Assembly: GCA_965204375.1 (NCBI GenBank)
Contig: OZ241986.1
Span: 5,728,001 to 5,792,000, forward strand
Direction of reading: 5' to 3'
Length of the DNA: 64,000 bases
Source: Candidatus Latescibacterota bacterium
GTDB taxonomy: Bacteria; Latescibacterota; UBA2968
A program made the position numbers and the translations under genes. This document shows positions 18,223-27,241 of the stretch, piece by piece. The stretch's first letter is position 1. Every line of letters begins with the position of its first letter. The notes below the pieces were generated by a model. The model was given only the letters and a program-made list of their open reading frames with translations. It was not told where the DNA came from and made no database searches.

Positions 18223-19545
18223 TTACGAAAATTCTGGACGCACAGGCTCTTGGCCCAGATCGCGCATAATTTCCATGTAAATGGGGTGTTCGCCCTGAAT
18301 GGGTTTCTCGTCGGCACCATTCAAGATGTGGTTGGCAGTCATTAGAGCTGTTTGGATGCGTTCGCTTTGCTCGGTATAGCGCCGAAAGACTTGCCGCACT
18401 GCTTCTCGCGCTCTGTGAATGGGCAATACATCATCTCGGTGGTCTTGCGTTTCTTCTTCATCTCGCCATTGAATGCGGTGAGCACAGGTGTATGGCAATA
18501 TCGTGCGGATATGTTCGATATGTACTTCTTTGTCGCGCAGCACCCAGGCGAGTGCCTGTGCGTAGCGCCGGATGGAGATGGGCAGGCGATTGGACGGGCA
18601 TGTTTGTACTTCATAACACAGGTAGCCCGTGTAATGACAGCCTTCGCCACAGACTTCATTTGTGCGTTTTTGTCCGTATTTGCAGCAGAAAGACAATTCG
18701 GCCAAAAAGGTTCGAACATAGGCACTGGCATCGGCCTGGAAAGGCAATGCGCTCATTTCACTGCGAATGGTTTCGCGTTCAGTTCTCCCCAGGGTTGGTA
18801 CGGACAAACGCTCAGAGATCGCTTTTCCATAATCCTCGCAAATCGCTTCTATCTCTGCTTCGGCGTTGGAGTTGACCAGACAGGCCTGGAGTGCTTGCTC
18901 GCGTTGGGGATCTCGCAGGAGATGTGCAGGAGAGGATTCGGTGCCGATCATCCAGGACAAATTCGCGCCCGGATATTTGGATTCCACCATTACGTCAAAG
19001 CGATCCAAAAGGGGGACAACGATGGTATTTGTTCCGCGGTCCTGATAGTTGGCCGTTGCGAACAAACAGTATTCATCGTTGATTTGCATCTGGTTCAGGT
19101 AGGACCAGTTGCCGCGATCCACGCCATTGAGGATCAGGCTCTGCTTGGTTTCCGGCAGGCGGTTGATTTCATCTACGACTTTGACGGGTAGGACGGAAAA
19201 TGCCGACCACACCACATCTTCTTCGCCGCGGTTGAGTGCGCCGAGGTTTGGGCGTCCGACAATTTTTTCTTCGGTCTGTTCGGGATGTCCACTTACTTCG
19301 GCTTCCCACACAGCCCCCAATGGCATGCGGTATAATAGCGCGCCAATATACTCTGCCGATGTTGTTTTGCCCAGGCCGGGTTCGCCTACGATCAGAATTT
19401 TGCCACCTAATAATCCCGTTAGCGCACTGAGCAACAAAGCGGCATTGTGTTTTTGTCCTTCTATCTCCAGGTCTGCCCGGTTAAAATACAACCGATCCTG
19501 GATAAAGGTCAAAATATCGCGTACTGTTTTCTGTAAGTCGGCCAT
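18223..19545 (-). CDS. MoxR-family AAA+ ATPase
   Basis: GEPGLGKTT (Walker A), VVDEINR (Walker B), FATAN, LLDRF. Start trimmed to ATG 19545. Confidence 0.88.
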   Translation of the reverse strand: MADLQKTVRDILTFIQDRLYFNRADLEIEGQKHNAALLLSALTGLLGGKILIVGEPGLGKTTSAEYIGALLYRMPLGAVWEAEVSGHPEQTEEKIVGRPNLGALNRGEEDVVWSAFSVLPVKVVDEINRLPETKQSLILNGVDRGNWSYLNQMQINDEYCLFATANYQDRGTNTIVVPLLDRFDVMVESKYPGANLSWMIGTESSPAHLLRDPQREQALQACLVNSNAEAEIEAICEDYGKAISERLSVPTLGRTERETIRSEMSALPFQADASAYVRTFLAELSFCCKYGQKRTNEVCGEGCHYTGYLCYEVQTCPSNRLPISIRRYAQALAWVLRDKEVHIEHIRTILPYTCAHRIQWRDEEETQDHRDDVLPIHRAREAVRQVFRRYTEQSERIQTALMTANHILNGADEKPIQGEHPIYMEIMRDLGQEPVRPEFS

Positions 19546-19565
19546 GTTTGTTACTCGCGTACGGT

Positions 19566-19632
19566 AACGAATCAACGATAGCAGTTGGGTGGTTGGGCGG
19601 GGTTCGTCTATTCGTCTATTCGTCTATTCGTC
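19566..19632 (-). repeat. Octamer-arm hairpin repeat, copy 1
   Basis: aacgaatcaacgatagcagttggg...gg(ttcgtcta)x3; near-identical to 63217-63269. Confidence 0.85.
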
Positions 19633-20440
19633 CAGCAGAGCGTCGGCGTAGCCATTCGACGGTGAGCAGTAGCAACACGGCAAAGGCGATCAGGAATGTT
19701 GCGACGGCGAGGATGGTCGGGCTGATTTGCTCGCGGATGCCCGCCCACATCTGGCGCGGGATGGTGCGTTGTTCTATGCCGCCCATAAAAAGGACGACAA
19801 CGACTTCGTCGAAAGATGTTGCAAACGCGAAGAGCGCGCCAGAAATAACGCCCGGTGCGATTAGCGGCAGTTGTACTCTGCGGAACGTGAGGATCGGTGA
19901 GGCACCAAGGCTTGCGGCAGCGCGCGTCAGGTTTGTATCAAAGGCGGATAGGGTAGCGGTTACGGTGATTACGACAAATGGCGTGCCCAGTGCGGCGTGG
20001 GATAGGATCAATCCGATGTGGGTCTGTGCGAGGCCCAGGGTTGAGTAAAAAAAGAACATGCCCGCCGCGGAGATGATTACCGGCGTGACCATCGGCGAGA
20101 TCAAGAGTGCCATTGCAAAGCGGCGACCGGGCATGGCGGGGCTGGATAGCCCCAGTGCGGCGAGTGTGCCCAGCGCGGTTGCCAGTGCGGTGGAAGCGAT
20201 GCCGATGATCAGGCTGTTGACCAGCCCGCGTGTCCACAGTTCGTTTTCGATGATCTGTCGATACCAGCGCAGGGAATACGCTTCGGCGTCCAGGTGCAGC
20301 ATGCCTTCGGTGAAGGTGAAGTAGGGTTCGGCGTTGAAGCTCAGGGGTACGATCACCAGAATTGGCGCGATCAGGAACGCGAAGATCAGGGTACAGGAGG
20401 CCAGGTACGCGACCCGGCCAATGTGTTGTGTCGAGATCAT
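19616..20440 (-). CDS. Spermidine/putrescine-type ABC permease (PotC-like)
   Basis: SLRWY, AAASLGASP..TFRRV.LPLI.PG, FATSFDEVVV, TIPRQMW. Confidence 0.9.
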   Translation of the reverse strand: MISTQHIGRVAYLASCTLIFAFLIAPILVIVPLSFNAEPYFTFTEGMLHLDAEAYSLRWYRQIIENELWTRGLVNSLIIGIASTALATALGTLAALGLSSPAMPGRRFAMALLISPMVTPVIISAAGMFFFYSTLGLAQTHIGLILSHAALGTPFVVITVTATLSAFDTNLTRAAASLGASPILTFRRVQLPLIAPGVISGALFAFATSFDEVVVVLFMGGIEQRTIPRQMWAGIREQISPTILAVATFLIAFAVLLLLTVEWLRRRSAGRIDE

Positions 20441-20441
20441 G

Positions 20442-21656
20442 TTAGCCCAATTTCATGCGGTCAATGCCGACTATGCGGTCGTAGAGCAGATAGAGCGCGA
20501 TTACGCATACCAGCAAGATGCCGCCAAGTGCCCCAGCCAGGCTCCAGTTTAGAGAGGTCTGCATGTGGTAGGCGATCATGTTGGAGATGAGTTGTCCGGT
20601 GCTGCCGCCTACCAGCGCGGGGGTGATGTAGTAGCCTATGGCGAGGATGAATACCAGCAGTGATCCGGCACCTACGCCTGGCAGGGTCTGCGGCCAGTAC
20701 ACGCGCCAAAATGCCTGAAAGGCACTCGCCCCCAGCGACGCGGCAGCACTCATCTGGCTCGGGGGGATGGCGCGCATGATGGAGTATAAGGGCAGGATCA
20801 TAAAGGGCAGGAGTACATGGGTCATTGCCACCAGTGTGCCAGTCATGTTGTAGATCATGGCGAGGCGGCCGTCGTCGCCGATCAGCCCAATTGTGACGAG
20901 TAAGTCGTTGATTACGCCCTGGGTCTGGAGCAGTACGATCCAGGATGTGGTTCTCACGAGGAGCGATGTCCAGAAGGGCACGAGTACGAGGATGAGGAGC
21001 AGGTTTGCAATGCGCGGAGGCGAATGCGCGATCAGGTGGGCGATGGGATAGCCGAGCAGCAGACAGATCGCGGTGATGCTCAGGCTGACGACAAAGGTGC
21101 GCCACAAGAGGGACAGATAGATGCGGCGCTCTGGGGGCTGGCGCGCGATGGAACTGTCGGGCAGGGGTTGCAGGTCGAGAGCATTGAGGTAGTGCCGCGC
21201 GGTGAAACGGTCCCCGGCACTGCGGATCGCGTGCCAGGTTTGCACATCGCCCCAGGCGGGATTGAGGCCGATCATGGCATCGCGATAGGGACCTTCGCGG
21301 ACGTTTTGCAAATTTCTCGCGCTGCGCGTGAAAACACTGCGCAGGCCCGGATGCACGCGGTTGACGCGGGTGGCGACCCGACCCAGCGAGCGATCTGTGC
21401 GTGCTTTTAATAGTTCGCGCGCAGCCGCTGCATACACTGCTTCATCGGGCGCGCTCTTTCCGTCCCACTCTCTCAGCAGGTCGAGGGTTTCAGGCAGGGC
21501 ATTGGCGACTGTGGGATCGTACACACTGTGTACGAGCATTGTCGCCAACGGCGCGATAAAGGTGACGCCAATAAATGCCAGTAGCGGCAACACCAGTCCC
21601 GTCGCACGCAGCCGCGGGCGGAGGGTGTTGGTTTTGATGTCTGTGTTAGAGTTCAT
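20442..21656 (-). CDS. Spermidine/putrescine-type ABC permease (PotB-like)
   Basis: LGYPIA, PFWTSLLVRT, LLPFMILPLY, AAASLGA, YYITPALVGG. Confidence 0.9.
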   Translation of the reverse strand: MNSNTDIKTNTLRPRLRATGLVLPLLAFIGVTFIAPLATMLVHSVYDPTVANALPETLDLLREWDGKSAPDEAVYAAAARELLKARTDRSLGRVATRVNRVHPGLRSVFTRSARNLQNVREGPYRDAMIGLNPAWGDVQTWHAIRSAGDRFTARHYLNALDLQPLPDSSIARQPPERRIYLSLLWRTFVVSLSITAICLLLGYPIAHLIAHSPPRIANLLLILVLVPFWTSLLVRTTSWIVLLQTQGVINDLLVTIGLIGDDGRLAMIYNMTGTLVAMTHVLLPFMILPLYSIMRAIPPSQMSAAASLGASAFQAFWRVYWPQTLPGVGAGSLLVFILAIGYYITPALVGGSTGQLISNMIAYHMQTSLNWSLAGALGGILLVCVIALYLLYDRIVGIDRMKLG

Positions 21657-21704
21657 AGGTTAGTTTCGAGTTCGCGGCAAAACTCGTGACACTGTTGCGA
21701 GTTT

Positions 21705-21881
21705 TTATCGGCAAGTGCCATGCTTCGTCGCGTTGATATAGTCTCGCATCATGGCTTTACCGGTGTCCACATCGTCAGCATGTATGCACCGGATGGCCTC
21801 TTTTATCAATTCCTCTCGAAAGACCGGGTCGCGCTGAACGCGGACCTTTATCGTCTCTTTGAAATCACATGTAAGTGCCAT
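21705..21881 (-). pseudogene. Truncated addiction-module antitoxin (N-terminal half, HTH missing)
   Basis: 58-aa ORF below the track cutoff: MALTCDFKETIKVRVQRDPVFREELIKEAIRCIHADDVDTGKAMMRDYINATKHGTCR*. Matches my recollection of the MALTRDF...GKA.LRDYINAT antitoxin family but stops before the HTH. Confidence 0.65.
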
Positions 21882-21928
21882 ATCTCTCTGTGGCCTTTTT
21901 CATCAATGTATGCCTGAATTTCAATCAT
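21848..21928 (-). pseudogene. RelE/ParE-type toxin remnant
   Basis: MIEIQAYIDEKG resembles a RelE/HigB killer-protein N-terminus and runs into the antitoxin start after about 15 codons. Confidence 0.45.
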
Positions 21929-21984
21929 GCAAGCCTCACTCTTCGCCCTGTTGGATGAGGAGTTTGAGGTCTGCAGGTGTGATT

Positions 21985-22076
21985 ATAGCGGTACACCATA
22001 TTGTCTCGCCTCATCTGTACGCTTTTGTGCTCTGCTCCGAGGGGATGAATCCGATAGCGGTACACCGTATTGTCTC
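21985..22076. repeat. 23-bp direct repeat with 46-nt spacer
   Basis: atagcggtacaccatattgtctc (21985-22007) and atagcggtacaccgtattgtctc (22054-22076), 1 mismatch. Confidence 0.85.
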
Positions 22077-22196
22077 AGCGTCAACTCGAACTTGTCCTCA
22101 GCACGCTGTTGAGGCAGTATATCCTTAGCCTCCTCATTTATTACAACGCTGACTTCCATACTGATCCAGTAAGTCAATCATGCGGCGGTAATCCTC

Positions 22197-23780
22197 TTAA
22201 TGCTCAAGCATACTCGCCACTTCAAATGCTGCGATGTTGCGGTTCTCACGGCTAAATTCCACTGCGATCAGGTGGATCGGTTCGCCCCGGGCGCGGTATT
22301 TGTCGGCGTAACGTCGCGCCTTTAATTGCGCCATTGCAGCACCTTTGGGAGACATTTCTACCACTTTGAATTCGAACAGGTACACGTTGCCGTTGAATAA
22401 TACGGCCATGTCCAGACAGCCATGACTGCTGTTGTCTTCTACCGTGATATCAAGCCCCAGTGCCGCAAAATAGGAATAAAATACGCTCGCGTAGTAGCCC
22501 TCGTAGTTGGCGATGTCGTTGTTCGTGTACCACTCGTAGGGAATACTGGCGAAGAAGGCGTGGAACAGTGTCTTGAGTCCCTCAAAGTCATTCGCTTCCA
22601 GCAGGCGGTAGAGTTGGACGCTGTTCGCCATCTGGCGAGACGGGTCTTTTACCAGGTAGCGCAACAGACTGCGGTTGAGGCTCTGGCGCACCTCTCGGTT
22701 GGGATAACTTAGTCGGTAAAGGGGCTCGCCGCCCAAATTCTCTTCACTGATAATGGTTAGATAGCCGGTCTGAAACAACAGGGCCTCGGTCGCTATGTCA
22801 TCGACATCGAAGGTCGATAGCAAGTCGCTACTGCCCAACATCTCGTCAAGCGATAGGGAACTGATGCGGCGTTTGAACAGGGTTTCAATCAGGAATGTCG
22901 GCGTGCCAGTCTCAAACCAATAGGCTTCAAAGCTGCGTCTATGGAACAGTAGGAGGATGTCGAAAGGATTATAGACCTTCTCCTCGCCCCGCCAATTATA
23001 GCCGTTGTACCAGTCGCGGATTTGATCGCGGTCCAGACCTGGCAGTTCCGGTGCGAACACCACATCCAGATCCTCTTCAGTGTAGCCGCAGATGGCGGAA
23101 TAGCCTGGATCCATGGTAATGTCGGTCAGGTTGTTGAGGCCAGAGAACAGATGCACCTTGGAGAACTTACTGACGCCTGTGAGAAAGGTGAACTTGACGT
23201 GGGCGTCGTTGTCCTTGATGGTCGCGTACAAACCGCGCAAAAAGTCGCGATTGGCGCGTGCGATCTCTGGCACTTCGAGTGCGTCTAAAATCGGCTTGTC
23301 GTATTCATCTACCAGAACGGCTACAGGTTGTCCGGTAAGGTCGTGCAATGCCTCTATCAGATAGGCGAAACGACCCGGTACTGTCTCGGCCTCGATAACC
23401 ACCCCGGTTCGGCGTTCGATGGCGTTCAATTGATCCATGAGATTCTTTTGTAGATAGCCCGACTCTTTGAAGTTGCCACTGCCAAAGCTCAGACGCAGGA
23501 CAGGATAGCGAACTGACCAATCCCAGCGGTCGTGGATATAAAGTTTCTCGAACAACGGCTCGTTGCCTTCGAACAGTTCCTTCAATGTGTCGAGAAAGAG
23601 GCTCTTGCCAAAGCGGCGCGGGCGCGACAGAAAGTAGTGCTTGCCCTCGTCCATCAACCGCTGGATGTAGACGGTTTTGTCCACGTAATAGTAGCTCTGC
23701 TCGCGAATCTCGCGGAAGGTCTGAATACCGATGGGCAACTTGCGTTTATCTGTCGATAAGTTGGGACTCGGATTTTGCAT
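22197..23780 (-). CDS. AAA-ATPase-like protein with C-terminal PD-(D/E)XK nuclease domain
   Basis: KLPIGIQTF..IR...YYYVDKT, LSRPRRFGKSL, LVDEYDKP, YNPF, YWFETGTPTFL; C-terminal LDMAV...FEFK...A..Q...Y. Confidence 0.92.
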   Translation of the reverse strand: MQNPSPNLSTDKRKLPIGIQTFREIREQSYYYVDKTVYIQRLMDEGKHYFLSRPRRFGKSLFLDTLKELFEGNEPLFEKLYIHDRWDWSVRYPVLRLSFGSGNFKESGYLQKNLMDQLNAIERRTGVVIEAETVPGRFAYLIEALHDLTGQPVAVLVDEYDKPILDALEVPEIARANRDFLRGLYATIKDNDAHVKFTFLTGVSKFSKVHLFSGLNNLTDITMDPGYSAICGYTEEDLDVVFAPELPGLDRDQIRDWYNGYNWRGEEKVYNPFDILLLFHRRSFEAYWFETGTPTFLIETLFKRRISSLSLDEMLGSSDLLSTFDVDDIATEALLFQTGYLTIISEENLGGEPLYRLSYPNREVRQSLNRSLLRYLVKDPSRQMANSVQLYRLLEANDFEGLKTLFHAFFASIPYEWYTNNDIANYEGYYASVFYSYFAALGLDITVEDNSSHGCLDMAVLFNGNVYLFEFKVVEMSPKGAAMAQLKARRYADKYRARGEPIHLIAVEFSRENRNIAAFEVASMLEH

Positions 23781-23833
23781 AATTTTATCCGGTCATTTCA
23801 TGTATCACTTAGATGGGCAGCGCGATACCTCTC

Positions 23834-24940
23834 TTACTGCGCCAGCCAGGCACTGAAGCGCTCGTTCATTTCGTCGATGTGATCGCTCCACCATTCCCAG
23901 GAGTTTCGCAGGGCGCGTTTAGAATTTTGCGGGCTGTTGGGCATGTGGGGGTTCATTTCCACACCCTTTTCGGCGTGTGTCGAGATCAGTGCCTCTGCGG
24001 AGATGCGCGTGGGACTGTAGGCGATGTAACGGCCGACGCCAGCTATGGCTTTCGCCGTTGCGGCGAAATGGAGAAATTTCTTTGCGGCTTCGAGGTTCCG
24101 TGTTCCCGCGACAATGACAAGCCCGCCTGTATCCAGTATTTGCCCGTCCCACACGATGACAAAGGGCTGGTCTTCCAATACCTGTGCATTGAAGATGCGC
24201 CCGTTGTAGGCTGTGCTCATTACTACCTCGCCATCGGCGAGCATTTGCGGTGGCTGTGCTCCAGCTTCCCACCATACGATGTGGTCTTTTATGGTGTCTA
24301 ACTTGCGGAAGGCGCGATCTACGCCTTCGGGCGTATTGAGCGTGGGATATACTTTGTTGAGCGGCACGCCGTCGGCGATTAGCGCGAATTCCAGATTCGC
24401 CAGGGGTGTGCGGCGCATGCCTCTGCGTCCGGGGAATTTTTCGAGGTCAAAGAAGTCAGCCATTGTGGTGGGTTTGTCGCCCTGGATATTCTCTTCGTTG
24501 TACGCATATACGGTGGAGTAAAATATCGTTGCCGGACCGCAATCCGTCATCGTGCCGAGCGGAAAATCCTGTGACGCAGGTGTTCCATCGGCTCCCGCTG
24601 GCAGCGAGTTTACCGGGATGGGTTCGAGCAGGCCCTCATCGCAGCCTCGTACCATGTCGGGAATTTCCATATCGACAATGTCCCAATGCACATTGCCCGA
24701 TTCGACCTGTGCGCGGATTTGTGCCAGCCCGCCGTTGTAGTCTTCGAGGTTGATTTTAATGCCTGTTTCAGCGGTGAACGCCTCGTGGTAGCCTTTGACG
24801 CATGCGCGTGCATAGGAACCACCCCAGGAGACCACGGTTAGCGGTTGATCGCTGGCAACCGCACGATCTGAGGTCAATATCGCCAGTGCGGTCAGTAATG
24901 TTAGATAAAATGCCGTTTTACACTTGTTTTTCCACTTCAA
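23834..24940 (-). CDS. Polyamine-type ABC substrate-binding protein, copy A
   Basis: SWGGSY, WDIVD, FFDLEKFPGRR, LEFALIADGV, AYNGR; TTG start with AAGGAGG RBS; signal peptide ending AVA. Confidence 0.9.
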   Translation of the reverse strand: MKWKNKCKTAFYLTLLTALAILTSDRAVASDQPLTVVSWGGSYARACVKGYHEAFTAETGIKINLEDYNGGLAQIRAQVESGNVHWDIVDMEIPDMVRGCDEGLLEPIPVNSLPAGADGTPASQDFPLGTMTDCGPATIFYSTVYAYNEENIQGDKPTTMADFFDLEKFPGRRGMRRTPLANLEFALIADGVPLNKVYPTLNTPEGVDRAFRKLDTIKDHIVWWEAGAQPPQMLADGEVVMSTAYNGRIFNAQVLEDQPFVIVWDGQILDTGGLVIVAGTRNLEAAKKFLHFAATAKAIAGVGRYIAYSPTRISAEALISTHAEKGVEMNPHMPNSPQNSKRALRNSWEWWSDHIDEMNERFSAWLAQ

Positions 24941-24977
24941 GTTATTTCCTCCTTGTATGGTATGAGTAGAATATCCC

Positions 24978-26078
24978 TTACTGCGCCAGCCAGGTGCTGA
25001 AGCGTTCGTTCATTTCGTCAATGTGAACGCTCCACCATTCCCAGGCATTTCGCAGGGCGCGCTTAGAATTTTGCGGGCTGTTGGGCATGTGGGGTTTCAT
25101 ATCAACATCCTTTTCGGCGTGTTTCGATATCAGTGCCTCCGCAGAGTGGCGCGTGGGGCTATAGGCGATGTAGCTACCGACACCGGCCATGGCTTTCGCT
25201 GTTGCGGCGAAATTGAGAAACTTCTTTGCGGCTTCGAGGTTCTGCGTTCCCGCGACAATGGCAAGCCCAGATAAATCCAATATTTGCCCGTCCCATACGA
25301 TGACAAAGGGTTGATCTTCCAGTACCTGTGCATTGAAGATGCGTCCGTTGTAGGCTGTGGTCATCACTACCTCGCCATCGGCGAGCATCTGCGGTGGCTG
25401 CGCCCCGGCTTCCCACCATACGATGTGGTCTTTTATGGTGTCCAGCTTGCGGAAGGCGCGATCTACGCCTTCGGGCGTATTGAGGGAGGCATATACCTTG
25501 TTGAGCGGTACGCCGTCGGCGATTAGTGCGAATTCCAGGTTCTCCTGGGGTGAACGGCGCATGCCTCTGCGTCCGGGAAATTTTTCAAGGTCAAAGAAGT
25601 CGGCCATTGTGGTGGGTTTTTCGCCCGGGATATTCTCCTCGTTGTACGCGTATATGGTGGAGTAAAACAGCGTTGCCACGCCACAGTCTGTCGATGTTCC
25701 GAACAGAAAATCCTCTTCCGCAGGCGTTCCATCTGCTCCCGGTGGCAACGAGTCGATCTCAACGCGTTCGAGCAGGCCCTCATCGCAGCCTTGCGCCCAT
25801 GTTGGAAATCTCAAATCGACGACATCCCAATGCACATTGCCCGCTTGAACCTGTGCGCGGATCTGTGCCAGCCCGCCGTTGTAGTCTTCGAGGTTGATTT
25901 TAATGCCTGTTTCAGCGGTGAATGCCTCGTGGTAGCCTTTGACGCAGGCGCGTGCATAAGATCCGCCCCAGGAAACTACGGTCAGGGGTCGATCTTCCAA
26001 AATATCACAGCCCAGAGTCAACATCGCCAGCGCGGTTATTATCGCGGTGCATAATGTTTTTCTCCATTTGGTCTTCAT
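24978..26078 (-). CDS. Polyamine-type ABC substrate-binding protein, copy B (lipoprotein-type signal)
   Basis: Close paralog of copy A; signal ends in the lipobox TLGC. Confidence 0.9.
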   Translation of the reverse strand: MKTKWRKTLCTAIITALAMLTLGCDILEDRPLTVVSWGGSYARACVKGYHEAFTAETGIKINLEDYNGGLAQIRAQVQAGNVHWDVVDLRFPTWAQGCDEGLLERVEIDSLPPGADGTPAEEDFLFGTSTDCGVATLFYSTIYAYNEENIPGEKPTTMADFFDLEKFPGRRGMRRSPQENLEFALIADGVPLNKVYASLNTPEGVDRAFRKLDTIKDHIVWWEAGAQPPQMLADGEVVMTTAYNGRIFNAQVLEDQPFVIVWDGQILDLSGLAIVAGTQNLEAAKKFLNFAATAKAMAGVGSYIAYSPTRHSAEALISKHAEKDVDMKPHMPNSPQNSKRALRNAWEWWSVHIDEMNERFSTWLAQ

Positions 26079-27184
26079 GTCATATCCTCCTCGTCGTCCG
26101 GGTCGAGCACCCGGCAGTCTGTTGGTGTCCAGCCGATGCGAATTTTATCGCCTTTCAGCACGGCTCCGTGTCCCACGGTATTGGGTATTTTTGCGATGAA
26201 TTCCAAGGACTCGCACACGTTCAGGCGAAGGCGCAGATGGTCGCCTAAAAAGGTGATGTCCTCGACTTTTGCTTCGAGTTCATTGGTGTACAGGCCAGGC
26301 TCGGGTTCAATGGCGACGCGCTCTGGGCGAATCGACAGCGTGGTGGCGTCGCCGATCTGGCAAGGTATAATGCGCAACGCATGGATGATTTGGCCGCCGG
26401 TTTCCACTTCGCAGATGTCCCCATTTACTTTTGTTACGCGGCCGGGCAGGCGGTTATTTTCGCCGATGAAACGCGCTACAAATGAACGCTCTGGCTCTTC
26501 GTAGAGGGCCTCGGGTTCAGCAATTTGCTGGATGTCTCCTCCGCGCAGGACAGCGATGCGATTCGACATGACCATGGCTTCTTGCTGGTCGTGTGTGACG
26601 TAAACGATGGTTACGCCGAGGCTCTGATGGATACGGCGAATCTCGTATTGCATCTCTTCGCGCAAGCGCCGGTCAAGTGCGCCGAGGGGTTCGTCCATCA
26701 GCACCAGGTCGGGTTCAAATACCAGCGCACGGGCGATTGCCACGCGCTGCTGCTGACCGCCAGAGAGCTGGTTGGGGTGCCGGTCTTCCAGGCCGCTGAG
26801 GCGAACCAGGTCCAGGGCACGCGCCACGCGTTCGCGACACTGCTCGCGGTCAAATCCTCGTACTTCAAGGGGAAAGGCGAGGTTGCCACCCACCGTCATG
26901 TGTGGGAAGAGCGCGTAGTTCTGAAATACCATGCCAATGCCTCGCCTGCGCGGGGGCAGTGCGTGTACAGAACGCCCGTCAATGCGGATGTTGCCCGATG
27001 TGGGTGTCTCAAAGCCAGCGAGCATCATCAGGCAGGTGGTTTTCCCCGATCCGGATGGGCCGAGCAGGGTCAGAAATTCGCCCTTTCGGACGCTGAAATT
27101 GACGTTTTGGACAATTAGTGTGCGACCGTCGTAACTTTTGCAGACATTCTCAAATTCGACGTAGGCGTTATCGTTTGGGGGCAT
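26075..27184 (-). CDS. Polyamine ABC transporter ATP-binding protein (PotA-like)
   Basis: GPSGSGKTT, VFQNYALFPHM, LSGGQQQR, MDEPLGALD, TOBE tail. Start set at ATG 27184 (uncertain). Confidence 0.92.
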   Translation of the reverse strand: MPPNDNAYVEFENVCKSYDGRTLIVQNVNFSVRKGEFLTLLGPSGSGKTTCLMMLAGFETPTSGNIRIDGRSVHALPPRRRGIGMVFQNYALFPHMTVGGNLAFPLEVRGFDREQCRERVARALDLVRLSGLEDRHPNQLSGGQQQRVAIARALVFEPDLVLMDEPLGALDRRLREEMQYEIRRIHQSLGVTIVYVTHDQQEAMVMSNRIAVLRGGDIQQIAEPEALYEEPERSFVARFIGENNRLPGRVTKVNGDICEVETGGQIIHALRIIPCQIGDATTLSIRPERVAIEPEPGLYTNELEAKVEDITFLGDHLRLRLNVCESLEFIAKIPNTVGHGAVLKGDKIRIGWTPTDCRVLDPDDEEDMT

Positions 27185-27241
27185 TCGCGTGTCCTTATCC
27201 GAGGTCCAGAAAACACAGATCGGCAAGCTGGCGGATCAGAG

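Noticed and set aside
21985-22076. Mini-CRISPR reading of the 23-bp repeat pair
   Set aside because: Only two units, no cas genes, no leader, and the repeat is an in-frame ORF end.
25800-25814. Micro-inversion as the cause of the LRFPTW segment
   Set aside because: Inverting the 13-mer matches the paralog at 12 of 24 nt, against 17 of 24 for the two-indel model.
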